Notes: generated by a model not told the origin, from the letters alone. A DNA stretch of 64,000 nt from Clostridia bacterium (GCA_017625035.1 JAGALX010000027.1:1459-65458), one strand, 5' to 3'. Numbered from the stretch's first letter, positions 28,154 to 40,057 are shown. Made by a program: numbers and translations.

Positions 28154-29596
28154 ATGTCAAGAAGTGATTATGAAGTAGTAATTGGACTAGAAGTTCACGC
28201 TGAGCTTTCTACAAAAACAAAAATCTTTTGTAGTTGTCCTACAGAATTTGGTGGAGAGCCAAATACACATTGTTGTCCAATTTGTATGGCTATGCCAGGA
28301 ACTTTGCCTGTATTAAACGAAAAAGTTGTTGAATATGCAGTAAAGGCGGGCCTTGCAACAAATTGTGAAATATCAAGAAATTGTAAAAATGATAGAAAAA
28401 ATTATTTTTATCCAGATCTTCCAAAAGCATATCAAATATCTCAATTTGATAAACCACTTTGCGAAAATGGATATGTTGAAATAGAAGATGATGAAGGAAA
28501 TCCTAAAAAAATAAATTTAATTCGTATACATATAGAAGAAGATACAGGAAAATTAAACCATAATGAATTTGGAGCTGGAAGTTTATTAGATTTAAATAGA
28601 GCAGGGGTCCCATTAATAGAATCTGTATCTGCACCAGATCTTCGTTCAGCAGGAGAAGCTGAAAGATATTTAAGAAAATTAAAATCAATATTTGAATATA
28701 TAGAAGTATCTGACTGTAAAATGCAAGATGGTTCACTTCGTGCAGATGTTAATGTTTCTGTAAGAAAAAAAGGCTCTACAGAATTTGGAACACGTACAGA
28801 AATGAAAGGTATGAGCTCTTTCAGATCAATTGTAAGAGCTATAGAATATGAATCAAATAGACAAATTGATGTGATAGAATCTGGTGGAGTAATAGAACAA
28901 ACTACATTAAGATGGGATGATGTATCTGGAAAAACATTTTCAATGAGAAGTAAGGAAGATGCTGAAGATTACAGATATTTTCCAGAGCCAGATTTAGTGG
29001 CAATTCGTTTATCTGAAGAATATATTCAAAATATAAAAGAAAGTTTACCAGAACTACCAGAAAGCAGAAAAGCGAGATATATGGCTGAATATGGATTATC
29101 GGAAAAAGATGCAAAATTAATTACTGCATCTAAGTATTTATCAAATCTATTTGAAGCTACAAAAGATGTTTGCAATAATGCAAAATTATCTGCAAATTGG
29201 ATATTATCTGATATATCAAGAATATTAAATGAAAAGGAAATGGAACCATCTCAAATTCCATTTACAGCAGAACAATTAGGAAAAACAATAGTGTTAATTG
29301 AAAATGGAACTATTAGCTCTGCAATTGCTAAGAAAGTAGTAACAGAATTATTTGAAAATCCACAAGATCCAGAAGAAATGATAAAAGCAAAAGGATGGAT
29401 TCAAATTTCTGATGAAGGAGCTATTAAAGAAGTTGTAATGCAAGTATTAGAAGCAAACCCACAATCAATAGCCGATTTTAAAGCTGGAAAAGATAGAGCA
29501 TTAGGATTTTTAGTAGGACAAGCAATGAAACAAACTAAAGGAAAAGCAAATCCACAAATGCTTAATAAGATGTTTTTAGAGGAACTTAATAAATAA
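28154..29596 (+). CDS. gatB: amidotransferase subunit B
   Basis: VIGLEVHAEL, DRKNYFYPDLPK, RIHIEED, YRYFPEPDL; start after RBS AAAGGAG. Confidence 0.98.
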   Translation: MSRSDYEVVIGLEVHAELSTKTKIFCSCPTEFGGEPNTHCCPICMAMPGTLPVLNEKVVEYAVKAGLATNCEISRNCKNDRKNYFYPDLPKAYQISQFDKPLCENGYVEIEDDEGNPKKINLIRIHIEEDTGKLNHNEFGAGSLLDLNRAGVPLIESVSAPDLRSAGEAERYLRKLKSIFEYIEVSDCKMQDGSLRADVNVSVRKKGSTEFGTRTEMKGMSSFRSIVRAIEYESNRQIDVIESGGVIEQTTLRWDDVSGKTFSMRSKEDAEDYRYFPEPDLVAIRLSEEYIQNIKESLPELPESRKARYMAEYGLSEKDAKLITASKYLSNLFEATKDVCNNAKLSANWILSDISRILNEKEMEPSQIPFTAEQLGKTIVLIENGTISSAIAKKVVTELFENPQDPEEMIKAKGWIQISDEGAIKEVVMQVLEANPQSIADFKAGKDRALGFLVGQAMKQTKGKANPQMLNKMFLEELNK

Positions 29597-29600
29597 AAAG

Positions 29601-29650
29601 ACATTGGACGGGTTTTTGTCTAAAATTTTAGACAGAAATTCCGTCCATGT
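29601..29650. repeat. REP-related hairpin after gatB
   Basis: ACATTGGACGG...CCGTCCATGT. Confidence 0.55.
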
Positions 29651-29796
29651 TAATATCTTAAGTTAAGTGATAATTTTGTATATGAAGAAAGATACCGCGA
29701 AATATGTAGAATCAAGGGTGATGGTGGTGGTATATTTCTCTAGTTTGGTTAATAATGTTAAATTTTTTTTACTAATAGCAATAGTATTTTTTTTGC

Positions 29797-30039
29797 CTAA
29801 AAAATATCCTTTACAATCCTATCAAATGCAATAGTACAAATTACAAAAAAGCAAGAAAATAGTATGCCAATTTTTAACATAAAAACTCCAATTTCATATT
29901 GAAATAATATATCTGTAGATTTATAAAAACAAAGCATCATTGCGGATAACAAGCTTATTATTAAACAAATTTTTAATCCAACAATACCAATATGTAAAAT
30001 TTTTTTATCTATTTTTTTTAATCTATTTAAAATATCCAT
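29797..30039 (-). CDS. small two-TM protein
   Basis: RBS AGGAGG; two hydrophobic helices. Confidence 0.65.
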   Translation of the reverse strand: MDILNRLKKIDKKILHIGIVGLKICLIISLLSAMMLCFYKSTDILFQYEIGVFMLKIGILFSCFFVICTIAFDRIVKDIF

Positions 30040-30245
30040 TTTTCAATAAATCCTCCTAAATAACAATTTGTCATAAAATAATTACCTGTAAACTATCTAC
30101 AATAATAGTAGCACAAATAAAGGTTAAAAATCAAAGGTAATTCTATCCACAAATAATCTTGAAAACATATAAGAAGAGTGGTATAATCTGTAAAATAAAA
30201 TATGGAGCTTTGAAGAATCGAAGCGATAGAATAGGAGTGGTTTTA

Positions 30246-30692
30246 ATGAAAGTAATTTTATTAGACAATATAAAAGGGGTAGGAAAAAAAGATGAAGTAA
30301 TAAATGCAAGTGACGGATACGCAAGAAACTTTTTGTTTCCTAAAAAATTGGCAGTAGAAGCAACTAATGAAAATATGAATAAATTAAAAGCAAAAAAACA
30401 ATCAGAGCAATATAAAAAAGATGTAGAAAAAGAAAATGCGCAAAAAATAGCAAAACAATTAGATGATATAACACTAAGTATAAAAGTAAAAGCTGGCGAA
30501 AACGGAAAAATTTTCGGAGGTGTTACTTCAAAAGAAATATCAGAAGAGCTAAAAAAACAATACAAAATTGAAGTTGATAAAAAGAAAATTGTATTAAACG
30601 AAAATATAAAAAATATAGGAAGTTTTGATATAAATATTAAATTATATGAAGGTGTTACAGGAAAATTAAAAGTTAAAGTTGTATCAATGTAG
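30246..30692 (+). CDS. rplI: 50S ribosomal protein L9
   Basis: MKVILLDNIKGVGKKDEVINASDGYARNFLFPK. Confidence 0.98.
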   Translation: MKVILLDNIKGVGKKDEVINASDGYARNFLFPKKLAVEATNENMNKLKAKKQSEQYKKDVEKENAQKIAKQLDDITLSIKVKAGENGKIFGGVTSKEISEELKKQYKIEVDKKKIVLNENIKNIGSFDINIKLYEGVTGKLKVKVVSM

Positions 30693-30721
30693 TAGAAAAC
30701 GCGAATGAAGAAGAGAGCGAA

Positions 30722-30902
30722 AAGGAGAGGAAAAAGAGGAGGGAAAAGGGGACGGTTCTGATTTCCCATTTTTGGGAATTAGGGACAGTCTTTAATATAA
30801 TTATAAATATTCAACTAAAAAAATTTGTAAAGGCTGTCCCTAATTCCCAAAAATGGGAAATCAGAACCGTCCCCTTTTCCCTCCTCTTTTTCCTTCTCCT
30901 TT
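30722..30902. repeat. REPIN-like ~180-bp palindrome, family A
   Basis: ~70-bp near-perfect inverted arms around an AT-rich loop. Confidence 0.88.
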
Positions 30903-30939
30903 CAATTTTAAAATTTATACGAGAAAGGACTGTAGTAAA

Positions 30940-32271
30940 ATGGAGCTAGGCAAAGTACCACCACATGATTTAGAAGCAGAGCAAGCAGTTTTAGGATGTA
31001 TGCTAACAGATAAAGACGCTGTGGTTTCTGCTGTAGAAACACTAACAGAAGAAGATTTTTACAGAGAAGATAATAAAATAATTTACAGAGCAATACTAAA
31101 TTTATATAACAGAGCAGAGCCAATAGATATTATAACATTAAAATCAGAGCTATTATCAATGGGAAAATTTGATGCAGTTGGTGGGTTAGAATACTTAGCA
31201 GAGCTACCAGATAAAGTACCTACGACCTCAAATGTTGATAGATATGTAAAAATAGTAGAAGAAAAATCAACTTTAAGAACTCTAATACGAACTGCAAATG
31301 AGCTAATAACTCTAGGCTATGATCCAACTCAAGAAGTTGAAGATATAATGGATAATGCCGAAAAAAAGATTTTTAATATTATGCAAAAAAAGAATCAAAC
31401 AGGATATGCATCTATTAAAGATATTTTAGTAGATTCTTTTACAGAGCTTGAAAACTTATATAACAGAAAACAACATGTAACAGGTGTTCCAACTGGATTT
31501 GTTGACTTAGATAATAAAACAGCAGGACTTCACAATTCAGACTTGATACTAGTTGCTGCAAGACCTGCTATGGGAAAATCTGCATTTGCATTAAATATTG
31601 CTACAAATGCAGCAATTCAAGGAAATGTTGGTGTTGCAATATTCAGTCTCGAAATGTCTAAAGAGCAAATGGCAAACAGAATCTTGGGAAGTGTTGCAAT
31701 GGTAGATGGAAATAGTATCAGAACAGGTAGAATTGCAGATGATGATTGGATAAAACTTGCCACTGCATCTGGTGAACTTTCTCAAACTGGAATATATATA
31801 GATGATACCCCAGGTATATCTGTTATGGAAATTCGTGCAAAATGTAGAAAATTAAAAATGGAAAAAAATATTGGATTAGTAGTAATAGATTACTTGCAAC
31901 TTGTTCAAGGTAGTAGCAAAAAAGGTGGAAGCCGTGAACAAGAAATTTCTGAAATTAGTAGATCATTAAAAATATTAGCAAAGGAAATAAATGTACCAGT
32001 AATAGCATTATCTCAGCTATCTCGTGCACCAGAACAACGTCCAGATCACAGACCAATGCTATCTGACCTTCGTGAATCTGGAGCGATAGAGCAAGATGCT
32101 GATATTGTAATTTTCTTATATAGAGATGATTATTATAATCAAGATAGTGAAAAGAAAAATATTGCAGAGGTTATTATAGCAAAACATAGAGCTGGTTCAA
32201 CAGGAACTGTGGAACTTGCATGGCTTGGAAGTTACACGAAGTTTGCTAATTTGGCGAAAGATTATAAGTAA
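30940..32271 (+). CDS. dnaB: replicative DNA helicase
   Basis: PPHDLEAEQAVLG, AARPAMGKS, DYLQL, LSQLSR, SDLRESGAIEQDAD. Confidence 0.98.
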   Translation: MELGKVPPHDLEAEQAVLGCMLTDKDAVVSAVETLTEEDFYREDNKIIYRAILNLYNRAEPIDIITLKSELLSMGKFDAVGGLEYLAELPDKVPTTSNVDRYVKIVEEKSTLRTLIRTANELITLGYDPTQEVEDIMDNAEKKIFNIMQKKNQTGYASIKDILVDSFTELENLYNRKQHVTGVPTGFVDLDNKTAGLHNSDLILVAARPAMGKSAFALNIATNAAIQGNVGVAIFSLEMSKEQMANRILGSVAMVDGNSIRTGRIADDDWIKLATASGELSQTGIYIDDTPGISVMEIRAKCRKLKMEKNIGLVVIDYLQLVQGSSKKGGSREQEISEISRSLKILAKEINVPVIALSQLSRAPEQRPDHRPMLSDLRESGAIEQDADIVIFLYRDDYYNQDSEKKNIAEVIIAKHRAGSTGTVELAWLGSYTKFANLAKDYK

Positions 32272-32301
32272 ATTTTGGAATCAAAGAAAAGGAATGAAAA
32301 A

Positions 32302-33291
32302 ATGTTAGAAAACGAAGTTTTAAATACAATTCAAAAATATAATATGATTCAAGAAAATGATACAATTGTAGTTGCTGTTTCTGGAGGACCAGATTCAATG
32401 ACTTTATTAAATGTGTTATTAAAAATAAAAAACAAGCTAAAATTTAAAATTGTCGTAGCCCATGTTAACCACATGATAAGGGCAGTTGCAGATTCTGAAA
32501 CTCAATATGTAAAAGATTTTTGTGAGAAAAATAGTATTGAATGTTATATAAAAAAAATAGATGTAATAAAAAAATCAGAGCTAGAAAAAATAAGTACAGA
32601 AGAAGCTGGAAGAAATGCAAGATATGATTTTTTCGAAGAAATATTTAATAAAGTACAAGGAAGCAAAATTGCGATAGCACATAATAAAAACGATAATGCA
32701 GAAACTGTTTTAATGAATTTTATGCGAGGAACAGGAGTTTCTGGACTAAAAGGAATTGAACCTGTACGAAACAATAAATTTATAAGACCATTAATCGAAA
32801 TCAATAGGAAAGATATAGAGCAATATTGTATTGATGAAAATTTGAATCCAAAATTTGATGAATCAAATAATGAAAATATCTACACAAGGAATAAAATAAG
32901 AAATTTATTAATTCCATATTTAAAAAAAGAATTTAATCCTAATATTGTTGACTCAATTAACAGATTGTCTGAATTGGCATCACAGGAAAATAAATATATA
33001 GAAAAAATTGTTAATAAAAGTTTTGAAGATATAAAAGAAAATATTGATAATAATAATATAGTATTAAATTTGAAAAAATTTAATTTATTAGATTCATTTA
33101 TTAAAAGTAAAATAATTCTATTATGTGTGAAAAAATTATTTAATTCTACAAAAGGAGTAGAAAAAATTCACATAGAGGATATAATAAAACTTTGTGAAAA
33201 AAATGTAGGAAATAAATATTTAACCCCAAATAAAAATTTAAAAGTAGCCATTAATAAAGGGAAGATTATAATTTCTAAGATTTCAAATTAA
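32302..33291 (+). CDS. tilS: tRNA(Ile)-lysidine synthase
   Basis: AVSGGPDSM, HVNHMIR, AHNKNDNAET, IRPL, RNKIR. Confidence 0.96.
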   Translation: MLENEVLNTIQKYNMIQENDTIVVAVSGGPDSMTLLNVLLKIKNKLKFKIVVAHVNHMIRAVADSETQYVKDFCEKNSIECYIKKIDVIKKSELEKISTEEAGRNARYDFFEEIFNKVQGSKIAIAHNKNDNAETVLMNFMRGTGVSGLKGIEPVRNNKFIRPLIEINRKDIEQYCIDENLNPKFDESNNENIYTRNKIRNLLIPYLKKEFNPNIVDSINRLSELASQENKYIEKIVNKSFEDIKENIDNNNIVLNLKKFNLLDSFIKSKIILLCVKKLFNSTKGVEKIHIEDIIKLCEKNVGNKYLTPNKNLKVAINKGKIIISKISN

Positions 33292-33465
33292 AAAATCTAT
33301 TTTTGCGGGCAATCTGTTTTCCATGAATAAAAGATGGAGATAGAATTGCCCATTTTTAATTGTGAAACTTTTGTGTAAATGCTTGAATTGTAAAATAAAT
33401 TATGTTATATAATATAAAGTGATAAACTGCAGTTACTTTTTTGGTAACATAAAGGAGGAAAAAAT

Positions 33466-35265
33466 TTGAAAAATAGCATAAAAACTTTAGCTGTATGGCT
33501 AATAATAGGCGTAATAATGATTGTTGGAGTAACAGCAATATACGATAATGCTGACAGAAAATTTTCATATTCAGAGCTTGTTTCTAAAATACAAGCAGGT
33601 CAAGTCAGCACAGTAGATATAAATGCAGATGGAACATCTGCCATAGTAAATTTTAATGATGGCACAGCAGAAAAAAAAGTAAACATACCAGACATGAAAA
33701 GTTTAATGGATAATGTGCAAGAACCAATGCAAAATGGAACAATAAAAGTTGAACAAGAATCACAATCTATATGGGTAACAATATTATCATTAATAGCACC
33801 ATTTGGTTTATTAATAATATTCTTAGTATTCTGGTTTTTATCAATGGGAGGAAGACAATCTGGAAACAAAACAATGTCTTTCGGAAAAAGCAGAGCAAGA
33901 GTTGTTGGTCAAACAGATAAAAACAAAATTACATTTAATGATGTTGCAGGTGTAGATGAAGAAAAACAAGAACTACAAGAAATAGTAGAATTTTTAAAAA
34001 ATCCTAAAAAATACACAGATATGGGAGCAAGAATACCAAAAGGTGTTTTACTAGTAGGACACCCAGGAACAGGTAAAACATTACTTGCAAAAGCAGTTGC
34101 AGGAGAAGCAGGAGTACCATTTTTTATAATAAGTGGTTCAGACTTTGTTGAAATGTTCGTTGGTGTAGGTGCATCAAGAGTAAGAGATTTATTCGAACAA
34201 GCAAAAAAGAATGCACCATGTATAATATTTATAGATGAAATCGATGCAGTAGGTAGACAAAGAGGTGCCGGTTTAGGCGGAGGACATGATGAAAGAGAGC
34301 AAACATTAAATCAATTATTAGTTGAAATGGATGGGTTTGCATTAAACGAAGGTGTAATAGTAATGGCAGCAACAAACAGACCAGATGTATTAGATAAAGC
34401 TTTACTAAGACCAGGAAGATTCGACAGACAAATAGTAGTTTCTCAACCAGATGTAAAAGCAAGAGAACAAATACTAGAAGTTCATGCAAGAAAGAAAAGA
34501 TTATCACCAGATGTTGATTTAAAAACTATAGCAAAAAATACATCAGGATTTTCAGGAGCAGATTTAGAAAATGTACTAAACGAAGCAGCATTATTAGCAG
34601 CAAGATACAATCAACCAGAAATTACAATGAAAAATGTAGAAGATGCAATGATAAAAGTAACAATGGGACCAGAAAAGAAAAGCAGAGTAAGAAGCGAAAA
34701 AGAAAACAAATTAGTAGCATATCATGAAGCAGGTCATGCAGTAGTAAGCAGATTTTTACCAACACAAGATGCTGTACACCAAATATCAATTGTTCCAAGG
34801 GGAATGGCAGGTGGATACACTATGTACAGACCAAACGAAGATAAATCATTTATGTCAAAATCTGAAATGCAAGAAAATATAGTTTCTTTATTAGGAGGAA
34901 GAGTTGCTGAAAAATTAATACTAGATGATATATCAACAGGAGCAAGCAATGATATCGAAAGAGCAACAAAAATAGCAAGATCAATGGTTACTAAATATGG
35001 AATGAGCGACAGAATTGGTCCTTTAGCATTAGGAGCAGGCCAAGAAGAAGTATTCCTAGGAAGAGATTTTGCTCAATCAAAAGAATATTCGGAAGAAACA
35101 GCAGCAGTAATAGATGAAGAAGTAAAATCAATTATAGATTATGCATATAGAAGTGCAGAAGATATATTAAGAAGAAACATCGATAAACTTCATGCAGTAG
35201 CAGGTGTTTTATTAGAAAAAGAAAAAATCGATGGAGATGAATTTGAACAAATATTTAATAATTAA
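33466..35265 (+). CDS. ftsH: ATP-dependent zinc metalloprotease FtsH
   Basis: [28 protein letters not shown]. Confidence 0.98.
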   Translation: MKNSIKTLAVWLIIGVIMIVGVTAIYDNADRKFSYSELVSKIQAGQVSTVDINADGTSAIVNFNDGTAEKKVNIPDMKSLMDNVQEPMQNGTIKVEQESQSIWVTILSLIAPFGLLIIFLVFWFLSMGGRQSGNKTMSFGKSRARVVGQTDKNKITFNDVAGVDEEKQELQEIVEFLKNPKKYTDMGARIPKGVLLVGHPGTGKTLLAKAVAGEAGVPFFIISGSDFVEMFVGVGASRVRDLFEQAKKNAPCIIFIDEIDAVGRQRGAGLGGGHDEREQTLNQLLVEMDGFALNEGVIVMAATNRPDVLDKALLRPGRFDRQIVVSQPDVKAREQILEVHARKKRLSPDVDLKTIAKNTSGFSGADLENVLNEAALLAARYNQPEITMKNVEDAMIKVTMGPEKKSRVRSEKENKLVAYHEAGHAVVSRFLPTQDAVHQISIVPRGMAGGYTMYRPNEDKSFMSKSEMQENIVSLLGGRVAEKLILDDISTGASNDIERATKIARSMVTKYGMSDRIGPLALGAGQEEVFLGRDFAQSKEYSEETAAVIDEEVKSIIDYAYRSAEDILRRNIDKLHAVAGVLLEKEKIDGDEFEQIFNN

Positions 35266-35268
35266 AAT

Positions 35269-35309
35269 AAAAAATAGTATCAAGGTTCTAACTTTGATAC
35301 TATTTTTTT
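35269..35309 (+). terminator. ftsH terminator
   Basis: AAAATAGTATCAA/TTGATACTATTTT + T-run. Confidence 0.75.
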
Positions 35310-35478
35310 CTATAAATATAAAAATAGGTCTAGCTATAAAAATAAGTAGAAAAAGTAAATGTATATACTAACTTTTTCTGCTTTACTTTTGGTGTTTGAA
35401 TTATAATATTTTTTTGCTATAATAAATTTATTCAATTTTTATAAAAACGGCATAAAACAATTTTTTATAAAAAATATT

Positions 35479-35503
35479 CAACTTTTGGCAAATATAAATC
35501 GTA
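35479..35503 (+). promoter_or_regulatory. ECF promoter 1 (autoregulatory)
   Basis: CAAC-17-CGTA; consensus CAACTTTT...AATCGTATT. Confidence 0.8.
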
Positions 35504-35525
35504 TTACGAATGAAGGGGGAAAGAT

Positions 35526-35993
35526 ATGAAGAACAGAGAAATAGAAAAAATTGTCAAAAAATATGCTAATCTTGTATACAGAATAGCATTTACAATGTTA
35601 AAAAATCAATCAGATGCAGAAGATATTTTTCAAGATGTATTTATGAAATTATGTACAGAAAATGTGAGTTTTATAAGTGAAGAGCATCAAAAAGCATGGA
35701 TTATAAGGGTTACAAAAAATAAATGTTTAGACTTTTTAAAAAGAAGTTGTAACAAAACAAGCACCGAATTAGATGAAAATATTGAATATAAAACAAAAGA
35801 GAGTAAAACGTATGTACTAGATGAGGTATTAAAATTACCAGAAAAATATAGAATTGTAATTTATTTATTTTATTTCGAAGGCTATAAAATATCTGAAATA
35901 TCTAGTATTTTAGAAATAAACGAATCTACGTTAAAATCCCAATTAGTAAAAGCTCGAGAAATGTTAAAAGAAAGTTTAAAGGAGGAGTTTTAA
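35526..35993 (+). CDS. ECF sigma factor
   Basis: DAEDIFQDVF, KAWIIRV, LPEKYRIVIYLFYFEGYKISEIS. Confidence 0.93.
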   Translation: MKNREIEKIVKKYANLVYRIAFTMLKNQSDAEDIFQDVFMKLCTENVSFISEEHQKAWIIRVTKNKCLDFLKRSCNKTSTELDENIEYKTKESKTYVLDEVLKLPEKYRIVIYLFYFEGYKISEISSILEINESTLKSQLVKAREMLKESLKEEF

Positions 35994-37847
35994 ATGAAAA
36001 ATGAAGTTTATAAAAAACAAATGAAAAAAATTCGTCCAAGTGATGAGCTAATCGAAAAAACAATACAAAATATAAAAAATGTAAATAAATTAAAAAATAC
36101 AAATAAAGTAAAAAATGGTATTAGATTAAGAAAATTAGTAGCAGGAACAGCAGCTGTGTTAACCCTATCTGTTGGAAGTGTAGGGGCATATATTGCTATA
36201 ACAGGAAATTCATTATTGTCTATATTAGGGTTAGAAAAAGCAAGTATTAATTATGAAAACGAAAGTGTTGCAATACCAGATCAATATAATACAGTTATAG
36301 AAAATGAATATACAAAAATCAAATTAGAAAAAATAGCATGTGATGAAACATTTTTAATATTAGAATATAATGTTAAAATAAAAGATGCAGCTTTAACAGA
36401 AATTCAAAATAAAAATGAAAATTTTATAGCAGAAACAGATTATGACTATAGTAGAGGTACTAATTCTGTAAATCTAGGTCTTTCAGAAAGTTTTTATATA
36501 AATGGTAAAAATATCAATGGTTATTCATGCATTGCTCAAAAAATCGAAAATATTGAAAATGAATATAAATTTTATGATATTGTAAATATAATGGATATAA
36601 AAGAGAAAAACTTAAAAGTTTCAGTTACTATTTTAAGTGTAAGAATAGATGGATATCAGTTTATGGTTACAGATGCAAATAATAATTATCTATTAGATTT
36701 AAGCATAAATGGAAACAATAATGAAAAATTTGAAAGTGTTGAATATAAAAATAATAATGAAGAAGTTATTGTAAAAAATGTGATGAATACAAGTTTTGCA
36801 ACTTATGTAACAGTTGGTGTAAATGTTTCAGATATATCTTCTGAAAATTGTTTAAATAAGATAAATTTTAATTCAAAGAATAGCAACAACGAAGAAATTG
36901 AATCACATGTGTTTCTTAAAAAATATGTAATCAGAACAGAAGATGATATTGTATATGATGTGATAACGGATTCTGTGGGCACCTCAGAAAATGATTATGT
37001 AAAAGATTCATATCTATTGAATAGTAGAAATAAAGAAAAAGCTGATAATATTGTCACTTTTGATAAAGCTTTTTCTAAAGGAATAGCGGAATTAGAATAT
37101 GTTATATTATACCCAAACATTATACCTGATGATAATATTATTAATTGTTTAGTAACAAGAAATGGTAAAACAATTGTAGAAAATATGAATATTGATATTA
37201 GAAATGAATTTAATTCTAATTGCGTAATAAATGATATTTCTCTTGTAAACTATACTGATAAAAAAGTAGCTGATTTTAGGAATACAAATGAATATATGAA
37301 TAATGAAGAAAATTATATTGTTAATGAATATTATAATGAAAATGCAGAAAAAATCGATAGCACAAATTATGAAATTTGTGGAATAACATTAGGTATGAGT
37401 GCTGATGAAGCATTACAAATGCTGCAAAAGTATTATGATAAAAATAATATAGATATTGTTTGCAGTAATTATTATGATAATTCGAGTTACGACGATGGAC
37501 ATATGAGCTTTTCTACACAAGATAACAAAGTAAATTTTGTTAATGCATATGATTTTGATGGAGTAAACAATAATAAACTAAAAGTTTCAGATGTAATAAA
37601 TAGATATTATAGTGAAGAAAAATTGATAAGAACAAATGAGCATGGAAAAAATAATGCTTTAGCCATCTTATATGGAATCGATGACTATATCAGTAATGAA
37701 AACTCCAAAGAAGACGAATATGCATATGTAAATCTAGACTCAGCAGGGAGAATAACGTGTCTTGTATATAAAGATAAAGAAAATTCGATTACATTTGGGG
37801 TTGATGCAGCTACAAAGACTATAACAAATATATTTATTTTTGATTAA
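35994..37847 (+). CDS. membrane-anchored anti-sigma factor (DUF4179-like)
   Basis: coupled to sigma; short cytoplasmic N-terminus, TM (AGTAAVLTLSVG), large extracellular domain. Confidence 0.7.
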   Translation: MKNEVYKKQMKKIRPSDELIEKTIQNIKNVNKLKNTNKVKNGIRLRKLVAGTAAVLTLSVGSVGAYIAITGNSLLSILGLEKASINYENESVAIPDQYNTVIENEYTKIKLEKIACDETFLILEYNVKIKDAALTEIQNKNENFIAETDYDYSRGTNSVNLGLSESFYINGKNINGYSCIAQKIENIENEYKFYDIVNIMDIKEKNLKVSVTILSVRIDGYQFMVTDANNNYLLDLSINGNNNEKFESVEYKNNNEEVIVKNVMNTSFATYVTVGVNVSDISSENCLNKINFNSKNSNNEEIESHVFLKKYVIRTEDDIVYDVITDSVGTSENDYVKDSYLLNSRNKEKADNIVTFDKAFSKGIAELEYVILYPNIIPDDNIINCLVTRNGKTIVENMNIDIRNEFNSNCVINDISLVNYTDKKVADFRNTNEYMNNEENYIVNEYYNENAEKIDSTNYEICGITLGMSADEALQMLQKYYDKNNIDIVCSNYYDNSSYDDGHMSFSTQDNKVNFVNAYDFDGVNNNKLKVSDVINRYYSEEKLIRTNEHGKNNALAILYGIDDYISNENSKEDEYAYVNLDSAGRITCLVYKDKENSITFGVDAATKTITNIFIFD

Positions 37848-37936
37848 TAATTAAATTGCAGATTTAAAAACACAGCTTAGTATTTATAATTTTACTAATA
37901 TAAATTAAAAAATTAGTAAAAAAATTACTAAGCTGA

Positions 37937-37961
37937 CAACTTTTTACAAATTCTAATCGTA
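37937..37961 (+). promoter_or_regulatory. ECF promoter 2
   Basis: CAACTTTTTACAAATTCTAATCGTA. Confidence 0.78.
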
Positions 37962-38038
37962 TTTATAATATAAAAATCTTGAAAATAAAAAAATGTTATA
38001 GTATCATAAATCTATAACAAAAGAAGGAGGAAAAATTT

Positions 38039-38725
38039 ATGACAAAATCAAGTAAAATTATAATTGCATTATTAGTTATTATTTTAATAGCTGTATTAGG
38101 AATAGGAGTATGGTTAATTACTGATAAATCAGCAGAAAATGGAAGTGTATCAATTACAGAAAATACTGCTGGCGTAGCCAATAATGAAACTGTTACTGGG
38201 AATACATCTGTAAATAATAATTCATCAAACCAATCTCAACAACAAAATCAAAATACAAACAATTCTAGCAGCAACAATACAAGTAACACACAAGCAGTAG
38301 ATATTTCTATAGATACAAGACAAGTAAACGTAAACCTAGAAGGCATGGTGTGTCCAGTTACAACATCAAAGTATATTAGTTCATTAGGATATTCTATGAG
38401 ATATGATTCTGATATGACCGTGAAAAAAGTTGAAAATATGGATATATACGGATATACAGACAATCCAGAAGCCTATGTTACTGTCAAATACATTTCAACT
38501 CCATATAGTGAAGCGATTTCTAATTTTACTAATAGTCGAAGCACTACTATTAATGGATATGAAGCTACAGAAGCAAGAGATGGAATATTTGTCAAAGCAA
38601 ACAATGGAACATATATAATTGATATAGTATATCCAGTAGATGAATACGGGTATTCTGAATACGCTGAAGGATTTGGTGATATGATGAACCAATTAATTGA
38701 AACATACTTTTCAATAAACAACTAA
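38039..38725 (+). CDS. N-anchored extracellular protein (MTKS family 1)
   Basis: MTKSSKIIIALL TM anchor, N/S/Q/T linker, C-terminal domain LGYSMRYD. Confidence 0.8.
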   Translation: MTKSSKIIIALLVIILIAVLGIGVWLITDKSAENGSVSITENTAGVANNETVTGNTSVNNNSSNQSQQQNQNTNNSSSNNTSNTQAVDISIDTRQVNVNLEGMVCPVTTSKYISSLGYSMRYDSDMTVKKVENMDIYGYTDNPEAYVTVKYISTPYSEAISNFTNSRSTTINGYEATEARDGIFVKANNGTYIIDIVYPVDEYGYSEYAEGFGDMMNQLIETYFSINN

Positions 38726-38886
38726 TTAAATCAAATGTTAATTGAAAATGGTTCTAGTGTATATAACATGAGAATAAAAAATATAAAAAAAACAATAAAT
38801 AATCTTTATAAAACCCAAATTGAACTATAAATATTAGACAATTTGGGTTATTTTTTTGTAAAAAATAAAAAATTTAAAAAAATTTT

Positions 38887-38911
38887 CAACTTTTTCCATC
38901 CTTAAATCGTA
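38887..38911 (+). promoter_or_regulatory. ECF promoter 3
   Basis: CAACTTTTTCCATCCTTAAATCGTA. Confidence 0.78.
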
Positions 38912-39013
38912 TTCATAATAAGAAAGTTAATTACAGTATTTCAATAAAGAACTATAACAACCAAAAGAGCATTAAAAATAAAAGAATATGAAAAATAAAA
39001 TGGAGGGATTTTT

Positions 39014-40057
39014 ATGAAGATTAAAAAAATTTGTTGGGGCATATTAGTAGGAGTTGTACTATTAGTTTTATGTAATGGAAGTGTTTTTGCATATAAGTAT
39101 GAGGATGAAGATTCAGTACCATATGCAATGGATTCAGATACGACAAACAGTGAATATTTCTTTAGTATAACAAATCCGTATAAGTTTAATTCGTTAAAAG
39201 TGCAAAAGAGCGGAGAAAAAAGAGATGTAACGGAATTTTTAAAAATGTGGCCATATGATTGGGAGCAAGTTTACGATGAAAGCATTGGTGAATGGGTAGA
39301 AAAAAATCCACCAATAAGCATAAATGTAAATTATTTGAAAGTATATTCATCTAATGAAAATGTGGTAAAAGTAACAAAAGAACATAACAGAATTTATTTA
39401 AACTATCTTTCAGAGGGAAGAACAAGATTAACTGTAGAATATGAATTTAATGGTGAAAACTATATTGTAGAATGTTGGTGGGATGTTGAAGAAAATGAAG
39501 ATACATCAAAAGATAATGAAAAGGATTTAACGATTGACGCTAATACAGAGAATAAAGAAGGAATAACTATAACAAATAATACCGATAAAGAAAAAGAATT
39601 CAAAAATAACAATACTAATGTTGAAACTAAAATAGAAACTCCAAAACAACAAAGTAAGCAAAAAAACAATAATACTAATGTTGAAACTAGAACAGAAATT
39701 CAAACAAAACCAATAACTAATACAAACACTAACCAAAATGGAAATACAATTTTTAATAATACAAAAACACAAAATGAAAACCATGATTTCTTATTAGATT
39801 CAGAAAATAAATTAGTAGATGCAGAATATAATAATTATACATTTTATTCAGAAGATGAGTTATTAAATGTAGATGACAGTTTTACAACAAATGATGAAAT
39901 AAATGAACAAAAATTAGCAATTTCAGAAAAAACAAAATCTAATACACCTTCTTCAAAAAATACAGGAATAATTATAATTTGTATGGCAGTTATATCAGTT
40001 GTTATAATTGCAATTATTATACTTATTGTAAAACAATCAAAAGATGGAGCTGTGTAA
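39014..40057 (+). CDS. secreted protein with Ig-like segment and C-terminal TM anchor
   Basis: signal peptide ...VFA; YSSNENVVKV Big_2-like; NNNTNVET duplicated; C-terminal TM. Confidence 0.7.
   Translation: MKIKKICWGILVGVVLLVLCNGSVFAYKYEDEDSVPYAMDSDTTNSEYFFSITNPYKFNSLKVQKSGEKRDVTEFLKMWPYDWEQVYDESIGEWVEKNPPISINVNYLKVYSSNENVVKVTKEHNRIYLNYLSEGRTRLTVEYEFNGENYIVECWWDVEENEDTSKDNEKDLTIDANTENKEGITITNNTDKEKEFKNNNTNVETKIETPKQQSKQKNNNTNVETRTEIQTKPITNTNTNQNGNTIFNNTKTQNENHDFLLDSENKLVDAEYNNYTFYSEDELLNVDDSFTTNDEINEQKLAISEKTKSNTPSSKNTGIIIICMAVISVVIIAIIILIVKQSKDGAV

Noticed and set aside
28898-28912. AAACTACATTAA resembling the cassette site
   Set aside because: Lies inside conserved gatB coding sequence (QTTLRW) and matches only 12 of 13 bases.
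30143-30939. Identical N-termini MGNQNRPLFPPLFP on opposite-strand ORFs
   Set aside because: Artefact of the REPIN inverted repeat; the true helicase start is 30940.
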